Positions 57,719 to 64,000 of a DNA stretch of 64,000 bases are shown here, in pieces. The first letter of the stretch is position 1; each line of letters begins with the position of its first letter. Source of the DNA: an uncultured Acidobacteriota bacterium. Its GTDB lineage: Bacteria; Acidobacteriota; JAQAZP01. The DNA lies in NCBI GenBank assembly GCA_963836075.1, contig CAWIIB010000009.1, forward strand, positions 2,432,001 to 2,496,000. Reading direction: 5' to 3'. A program made the position numbers and the translations under genes. The notes below the pieces were generated by a model. It made no database searches and was not told where the DNA came from. It worked only from the letters and a program-made list of their open reading frames with translations.

Positions 57719-59389
57719 GTGACCCAGACGACCAAGGGCAGTGCGGGCGTACCGCCCCGTCAGCAAGCCGCCGCCGGGGGCTCATCCGGCCGGCGGAAGC
57801 TCCTCCGCTCGGCCTCCGGCATGTCGCTGGTCACCATGCTCAGCCGCGTGCTGGGACTGTTCCGTGAGCAGGCCCGGGCCTACTTCCTCGGCACCGGCGC
57901 CGGATCCGACGCCTTCGGCATCGCCTTCATGATCCCCAACCTTTTTCGCCGGCTGGTGGGGGAGGGGGCGATGACCGCGGCCTTTGTGCCGGTGTTCACA
58001 CGGATGATGGAAAAGGAGAATCGCCAGGAGTTATGGGATTTCGCCAACCGCTTCTTCCTTCTGCTCAGCGCCATTCTCACCGCCCTCGCCGTGGCCGGCA
58101 TTCTCGCCTCGGGCCTGCTGGTGCGTCACGTTTTCGCCCGCGGGTTTGTGGAGGATGTGGCAAAAACCGAGCTCACCGTCTCCCTCACCCGCTGGATGTT
58201 CTTCTATCTCTTTTTCATCAGCCTCGCCGCACTGATCCAGGGGATGCTCAACTGCTTCGGCCGCTTCGTGATCCCCGCTTTCACCCCGGTGCTGCTCAAC
58301 CTCACGGTGATCGGCGTCGCCTTTCTGTTCGGCCGCACCATGGACCAGCCGGCCTATGCCTTTGCCATCGGGGTGCTGGTGGGGGGGGTGCTCCAGCTGG
58401 GATTCCAGCTCCCCTTCATCTGGCGTCTCGGTTTCCGATTGCGGCCCACCCTGAAGATTTTTCACAAGGCCAGCCGTGAGGTGCTGGGGCTGATGAGCTA
58501 CGGTCTGTTCGGCATGGGGATCTACCAGATCAACGTGGCGGTCTCCAACGCCGTGGCCTCCTATCTGGGAGAGGGAGCGGTATCGTCGCTGCAGTATTCC
58601 AACCGGCTGATGGAACTGACCCTCGGCGTCTTCATCATCTCCATCTCCACGGTGATCCTGCCCTCCATGGCCCGGCAGCTCTCCGCCGGGCGGCAGGGCG
58701 AGGCGCTGGAAACCCTGGCCTATGCCATCCGCCTGGTGCTCTTCATCTCCCTGCCCGCCTCGGTGGGGATGATCCTGCTGCGCTACCCGGTGATCAAGCT
58801 GCTCTTCACCTTCAGCGACGGCAAATTCGACCTGGTCTCCACCCAGCTCACCGCCCAGGCCGTGCTCTACCACCTGCTGGGCCTGGTGCCGCTGGGGCTG
58901 TCCCGGGTCTGCGTGGGACTGTTCTACGCCGCCAAGGACATGAAGACACCGGTGAAGGCGGCCGCCGGTTCAATGATGGTCAACCTCGTGGCCTGCCTCA
59001 CCCTGCCGGCCTGGTTGGGTCACGGCGGTGTGGCCCTGGCCAACTCCCTCGCCGCCCTGTTCACCGCCGTGCTGTTGATGCTGTTCATCAGGCGCCGGTT
59101 CGGTTCACCTTGCAGCGGCTGGCGGGTGACCGGCGGCGCCCTTCGTGCGCTGGTCTCCGGTCTGCTGATGGGCCTGGTGGTCTGGTGGATGGCGGAAAAG
59201 CTCCTCCGCCTGAACCTGATCGTCTCCAAGCTGCAACTGGGCCTGAGCCTTGGCGGGGTCATCGCCGTCGGGTTGGCGGTCTACTTCCTCTCCGCCTGGG
59301 CCATGGGTGCGGCCGAGCCGAAGGAACTGCTGTCCCTGCTGCGCCGCAAAGGGTCCGCAGCGAAAAATGGTGATCCGGTCAGCCGCTGA
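57719..59389 (+). CDS. murJ: Lipid II flippase MurJ (MviN)
   Basis: 'SRVLGLFRE', 'DAF..AF.IPNLFRRLVGEGA...AFVPVF', 'YSNRLMEL..GVF'. Confidence 0.95.
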   Translation: MTQTTKGSAGVPPRQQAAAGGSSGRRKLLRSASGMSLVTMLSRVLGLFREQARAYFLGTGAGSDAFGIAFMIPNLFRRLVGEGAMTAAFVPVFTRMMEKENRQELWDFANRFFLLLSAILTALAVAGILASGLLVRHVFARGFVEDVAKTELTVSLTRWMFFYLFFISLAALIQGMLNCFGRFVIPAFTPVLLNLTVIGVAFLFGRTMDQPAYAFAIGVLVGGVLQLGFQLPFIWRLGFRLRPTLKIFHKASREVLGLMSYGLFGMGIYQINVAVSNAVASYLGEGAVSSLQYSNRLMELTLGVFIISISTVILPSMARQLSAGRQGEALETLAYAIRLVLFISLPASVGMILLRYPVIKLLFTFSDGKFDLVSTQLTAQAVLYHLLGLVPLGLSRVCVGLFYAAKDMKTPVKAAAGSMMVNLVACLTLPAWLGHGGVALANSLAALFTAVLLMLFIRRRFGSPCSGWRVTGGALRALVSGLLMGLVVWWMAEKLLRLNLIVSKLQLGLSLGGVIAVGLAVYFLSAWAMGAAEPKELLSLLRRKGSAAKNGDPVSR

Positions 59390-59546
59390 TCATGCGATAT
59401 CCATCACCGGCAGGCGGGCCGTGCCGGAAAACGACCTGCCGGGACGGGTGCTGTTCACTGTATTGCGAGCCGCCACCATGGCCGATGGTTGACCTCGATG
59501 CCAAATGCTGTAATATTTTCTACAGGGTGATTCATACCGCATCACC

Positions 59547-60491
59547 ATGGTTGCGGCATTTCCCCGGGAGATGAAGATGGCTCCATCGCTCAAAGTCCAG
59601 CGCCAGCTGGCCTTTCTCAAGATTCTTGCCGGCCTGGCCTGGGCCGACGGAGAGCTGTCGGTGAGCGAGGTGAACCGGATCAAGCATTTCCTGCGCCGCT
59701 TCGACATCCCTGACGAGCACTGGGCCGAAGTGGAGATGGTGCTCCTCGAGCGGATGACCATGGAGGAGTGCCTGGCCCAGGTGGAGCTGTTCCTCGGCCT
59801 GACCGCCGGCGCCGGTGAGCGGAGGCAGCTGGCCGAGGCCCTGGAGGAGATGGCCGCCGCCGACGGCACGGTCTGCGGTGCGGAACGGGAGTTCATCGAC
59901 CGGGCCCTGCAGTCGCTCCAGTCCTCCTCCTCCGCCCGGGGGTTTCTCTCCAGCCTCCAGGGCCTGTTGCGCGGCCTCGCCACCCCCGGTGACGCCCGGG
60001 ACGAGCTGGAGCGGGACCTGGCCCTGTTCAGCCGCAACCGCCTGCTCTACCGGGTGCGGCGGCGCCTGGTCCGCCAGAGTGTTCCGTTGGACGAAACAGT
60101 GGACGTTTTCCTGGAAAAGGGATCGTTGATCGGCGGCCTCCTCGGCCTGGTGCTGGAGGAGAGCGGCGACTGGACGCCCGCGGCGGTGGATCGGTTCCGC
60201 GATATCCTGGCCGAAATTTCAAAGGTGCGCGGAGCCTATCTGGAGACCCTGGTTTCGGTGGTGCTGGAGGAGGGGCAGCAGTCCGGCCTCGACCAGTCGC
60301 GGATGACCGTGGAATACCGCCGCCTGAGCAGCAACAGGGCGCGGATCCGGCTGGTGGAGTCGATGTTCCGGCTGGCCGATGCCGGTGGTGTACAGGCAGG
60401 ACACGATCTGGCGGAACGGATCCGGCGGGTGGCCAACGGCCTGGGCGTGTCCCACGACGACTTTGTCCGCGCACGCCTGAAAAAGCACTGA
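59547..60491 (+). CDS. TerB-family (tellurite resistance/DjlA-like) protein with two TerB-like halves
   Basis: 'AWADGELSVSE', 'MAAADGTVCGAE', 'FRLADAGG...IRRVANGLGVSHDDF'; start uncertain. Confidence 0.75.
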   Translation: MVAAFPREMKMAPSLKVQRQLAFLKILAGLAWADGELSVSEVNRIKHFLRRFDIPDEHWAEVEMVLLERMTMEECLAQVELFLGLTAGAGERRQLAEALEEMAAADGTVCGAEREFIDRALQSLQSSSSARGFLSSLQGLLRGLATPGDARDELERDLALFSRNRLLYRVRRRLVRQSVPLDETVDVFLEKGSLIGGLLGLVLEESGDWTPAAVDRFRDILAEISKVRGAYLETLVSVVLEEGQQSGLDQSRMTVEYRRLSSNRARIRLVESMFRLADAGGVQAGHDLAERIRRVANGLGVSHDDFVRARLKKH

Positions 60492-60541
60492 AAAGGCAGC
60501 CTTTGTCAAAGCGAATTTTGTTCAGGGAGCGGTGCAGCGGG

Positions 60542-63500
60542 ATGGTATATCTCTCCGTGGCGCGGCTCTTCCGCCTGGCGGCCTTCCTCCTGATCTCCGG
60601 CCTGGGTACAGTCGCGACGCCGGGATTGATCCTCTATGACATGGACCAGATCAACGGTGACCTGCGGGTGTTGGGGCCCCACGATGACAGCCACCTGGGC
60701 CGCTCGGTGGCCGGCGGCGACCTCAACGGTGACAACCTGGACGACCTGGTGATCAGTTCCCCGGGATACAGGACCGAATCGGGCCAGGCGGCGCCGGGAG
60801 CGGTCTTTGTGATTTTCGGCACCGCCGCGTTCCCGCCGGAACACGTTATCGACCTCTCCGCGGCAACGGCGGACCTCACCGTCCTGGGCCGGCTCTCTGG
60901 CGACTACCTCGGCATCTGCGTGACCCTGGGCGACCTCAACGGAGACGGCATTGACGACCTGATCGTGGCCGGGGATACCTCGGACGTGGGGGGCATGGTG
61001 GACGCCGGCGCGGTGTATGTTGTTTTCGGTTCGGACGGTTTCCCCGCCAATCACGTGGTGGATCTTTCCGCGGAGAACGCGGACATGGAGATCCTCGGGG
61101 CTTTTCCTTCCGACCACACCGGCTACGCCCTGGAAACCGGTGACGTGAACGGGGACTCGGTGGACGACCTGCTGTTCAGCATCTTCGGTTTCGATCTCCC
61201 CGGGCGCCCCGACTGCGGTGCGGCCGGTGTGCTCTACGGCAGCGCTGCCCACCTGTCCGGCTCTGTTCTCGACCTCTCCCTGGACCAGCCGGACCTGCTG
61301 GTCCTCGGCGCGAACAGCAATGACTGGCTGGGCAGTGCCCTGGCCGCCGGCGACATCGACGGTGACGGCGCTGACGACCTGGTGCTCAGCGCCGTTTTCG
61401 CCGACCCGCTGGGCCGGGACAAGGCCGGCCTGGTGGCGCTGGTGCTCGGCTCCGACAGCTTTTCAGCCCCCGAGATCATCGACCTCGACGTCACCTCACC
61501 GGCGGCCTGGCTGGTGGGCGGGGCAGCCAATGACCGCATCGGTTTCGCCCTGGAGTGCGGCGACATCAACGGTGACACCCTCGACGACATCGTGGTGGGC
61601 GCACACCTCGCCTCGGGCACTGCCGGTGCGGAAGCCGGCAGGTGCAGCGTGGTGTACGGCAACGCTTCAATCCCGCCGGGCACGATCATCGATTTCGCCT
61701 CCCCCACGGCGGGGAACATCAACTTCCGCGGGGGCCACGCCGACGACCGTCTGGGCTATTCCCTGGCCTGCGGCGACATCAACGGCGACGGCATCGACGA
61801 TCTGATGATGGGCGCCGTCGGCCTCGACCCGCCGGGCGGCAAACTGGCGGGGGGTGTCTTCACCGTGTACGGATCCGACGCCTTCGATCCCTACCTGGTC
61901 TGGGATTTCGCGGGCAGCGACCCCGACATTCTGATCTACGGCGACGAGGCCCAGGAACAGGCCGGGGTGAGCGTGGCTGTTGCCCGGATGAACGGTGATG
62001 GCCTGGACGACTGCCTGGTGGGGGCATTGCAGCACAGCAGCGGCACCGGCGGGGATTATTGCGGTGCGCTGTACTGCATCTACGGCTGCGTGGAAGCTGC
62101 GGCCCCCTCGGACCCCCACCCGGCCTCCGGCGAGGTGGACGAGCCGCTGGAAGTGACCCTCACCTGGAGTGCCGGCCCGGAAGCCGACACCTTCGACCTC
62201 TTTTTCGGCACGGTGGACCCGCCGCCGCCCTACCAGGCCGGGCTCAGCGACCCCTTCTTCGACCTGCCGCCGCTGGTCTCCGGCCAGCATTACTACTGGC
62301 GGGTGGAGGCGATCAACGAGTGCAGCCGGACCTCCTCGGGCGTCTGGGACTTCAGCACCTGCATCGTGCCGGCGGTGCCCGGGTCTCCCGACCCGGCCAA
62401 CGGCGCCGGGGGAACGGCCCTCACCGTGACGCTGGACTGGAGTGACACGGTGGGTGCCGTCAGTTACAACCTCTATTTCGGTGACAGTTCGCCGCCGGGC
62501 TTCCATGCCGGCGGGCTCACCCACAGCGAGTACGACCTGCCGGATCTGGACGAGGGCACCCAATACCACTGGCGGGTGGAGGCGCTGAACGGCTGCGGCG
62601 CCACCCTCGCAGCGGAGTGGGACTTCACCACCTGTGTCACACCCGGCCCGCCGACGCTGGTCTACCCGCCGCACGGCGCCGTGGACCTGCCGACGGCGAT
62701 CACCCTGGACTGGAGCACCGTGCCGGAGGCCGACAGCTACACGGTCTACTTCGGTGACAGCTCGCCGCCGCCGCTCTACCAGTCGGAGATGACCGAGACC
62801 TACCTCGCGGTGGACGGCCTCAGCGACGGGATCACCTACTACTGGCAGGTGGCAGCAGTGAACAACTGCGGCGCCGCGGCATCGGCGGTTCGCAGCTTCG
62901 TCACCATCTGGACGCCGGTGCAGTTTCTGGCCACCGGACCGGGGCCCGACGAGGGCAACCCGCCGCTGGTGCGTATCTTCGACCCCCAAGAGCTCCCGCT
63001 GGCGGTGGCCGAGTGGAACGCTTACGGGGTGGAGAAATACGGGGTCAACGTGGCCGCCGGTGACCTGGGCTGGGACCGTCTCGACGAACTGGTCACCGGC
63101 GCCGGGCCGGGTGAGCTGTTCGGGCCCCATGTCCGTGCCTGGTACCCCGACGGCAGCCCGGTCCCCGAGGTGAGCTTCATGGCCTACGGAACGCTGAAAT
63201 ACGGGGTGAACGTGGCCTGCGGCGATTTCGACGGCGACCAGCTGGACGAGATCGTCACCGGTGCGGGCCCTGGAGCGGTATTCGGCCCCCATGTCCGAGG
63301 CTGGAACGTGGACGGCGCAACCGCCACCAGCGTGTCCGATGTCAGCTATTTCGCCTACGGGACGCCGAAATACGGGGTGAACGTGGCCTGCGGTGACATC
63401 GATGGTGATGGATTTGCCGAGATCGTCACCGGCGCGGGCCCCGGCGCGGTGTTCGGCCCCCACGTCCGCGGCTGGAACGTGGACGGCGGCAGTGCGGCGG

Positions 63501-63925
63501 CCATTCCCGAGGTCAGCTTCTTTGCTTACGGCACCCTGAAATACGGGGTGAACGTGGCCTGCGGCGACGTGGATGGCGACGGCATCGACGAGATCATCAC
63601 CGGCGCCGGCCCCGGCGATATCTTCCGTGCCCACGTGCGCGGCTGGGATTACGACGGAGTCGTGGTTGCCTCGATCCCGGGGCTGAGCTGGTTCGCCCAT
63701 GACGACCTGACCTACGGTTCCCGGGTGGGCTGCGCTGACGTGGATGGCGACGGCATCGACGAGATCCTCACCTGCCCCGGTCCGGGGGAGGTGAACGGGG
63801 CGCAGGTGCGGGGCTGGAACTACGACGGGCTGGAGTTGGCCCTGATCGACGCCATCAACTTCCCGGCCTATGACCAGGAGGTCATTCGCGGGGGCAATAT
63901 CACCGGCGGAACCTTCGAGGACTAA
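60542..63925 (+). CDS. Secreted protein: integrin-alpha-like FG-GAP propeller, three FN3-like repeats, and CTD-B propeller
   Basis: Signal peptide; 7 'GDxNGDxxDDL' repeats; 3 'YxLxFG..PP...YYWRVEAxNxC' repeats; C-terminal GAGPG/GPHVRGW repeats with 171-bp period. Confidence 0.9.
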   Translation: MVYLSVARLFRLAAFLLISGLGTVATPGLILYDMDQINGDLRVLGPHDDSHLGRSVAGGDLNGDNLDDLVISSPGYRTESGQAAPGAVFVIFGTAAFPPEHVIDLSAATADLTVLGRLSGDYLGICVTLGDLNGDGIDDLIVAGDTSDVGGMVDAGAVYVVFGSDGFPANHVVDLSAENADMEILGAFPSDHTGYALETGDVNGDSVDDLLFSIFGFDLPGRPDCGAAGVLYGSAAHLSGSVLDLSLDQPDLLVLGANSNDWLGSALAAGDIDGDGADDLVLSAVFADPLGRDKAGLVALVLGSDSFSAPEIIDLDVTSPAAWLVGGAANDRIGFALECGDINGDTLDDIVVGAHLASGTAGAEAGRCSVVYGNASIPPGTIIDFASPTAGNINFRGGHADDRLGYSLACGDINGDGIDDLMMGAVGLDPPGGKLAGGVFTVYGSDAFDPYLVWDFAGSDPDILIYGDEAQEQAGVSVAVARMNGDGLDDCLVGALQHSSGTGGDYCGALYCIYGCVEAAAPSDPHPASGEVDEPLEVTLTWSAGPEADTFDLFFGTVDPPPPYQAGLSDPFFDLPPLVSGQHYYWRVEAINECSRTSSGVWDFSTCIVPAVPGSPDPANGAGGTALTVTLDWSDTVGAVSYNLYFGDSSPPGFHAGGLTHSEYDLPDLDEGTQYHWRVEALNGCGATLAAEWDFTTCVTPGPPTLVYPPHGAVDLPTAITLDWSTVPEADSYTVYFGDSSPPPLYQSEMTETYLAVDGLSDGITYYWQVAAVNNCGAAASAVRSFVTIWTPVQFLATGPGPDEGNPPLVRIFDPQELPLAVAEWNAYGVEKYGVNVAAGDLGWDRLDELVTGAGPGELFGPHVRAWYPDGSPVPEVSFMAYGTLKYGVNVACGDFDGDQLDEIVTGAGPGAVFGPHVRGWNVDGATATSVSDVSYFAYGTPKYGVNVACGDIDGDGFAEIVTGAGPGAVFGPHVRGWNVDGGSAAAIPEVSFFAYGTLKYGVNVACGDVDGDGIDEIITGAGPGDIFRAHVRGWDYDGVVVASIPGLSWFAHDDLTYGSRVGCADVDGDGIDEILTCPGPGEVNGAQVRGWNYDGLELALIDAINFPAYDQEVIRGGNITGGTFED

Positions 63926-64000
63926 CCGTCATCCCCCGGTTTCCCGTCGGCATCCACCTGCCAGTGGCGGAACCGTTCCGGTATCTTCAGGCCGTAGCGA

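Noticed and set aside
1642-63925. Diversity-generating retroelement acting on the repeated C-terminal modules
   Set aside because: No reverse transcriptase, and no template/variable repeat pair differing only at adenines; paralogs differ at all base types

Overview
GC-rich bacterial chromosomal window, probably from a diderm anaerobe; the taxon cannot be fixed from sequence alone. Core-like genes include an RND permease tail, ABC exporter, DUF4136 lipoprotein, DHOD-like protein, YpdA, a prkA-DUF444-spoVR-prkA operon, rlmH, a HAD/ECH fusion, an ADP-forming acyl-CoA ligase, murJ and a TerB-family protein. There are two accessory zones. The first (~600-9900) holds an internally deleted IS91/ISCR remnant, parDE, an FG-GAP protein, a GT-C fusion and an SGNH hydrolase. 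The second (36922-47298) has two nearly identical IS91/ISCR-like elements in direct orientation around ~6.9 kb of heavily frameshifted cargo, followed by brnTA. The most notable signal is that unrelated secreted proteins end in one of two recurring C-terminal modules. CTD-A (~121 aa, 'D(V/I)TPAPYNQPP') occurs in 3 intact genes plus 1 orphan fragment; CTD-B (~330 aa GPGP/FG-GAP propeller) occurs in 3 genes. This suggests a lineage-specific protein sorting or surface-anchoring system. Also notable is a sigma54 activator whose sensor looks like a catalytically dead DHH phosphoesterase, divergent from a sigma54 promoter driving a pentapeptide-repeat gene. No rRNA, tRNA or CRISPR array was found. 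All family assignments are from motif recognition by eye; no searches were run.
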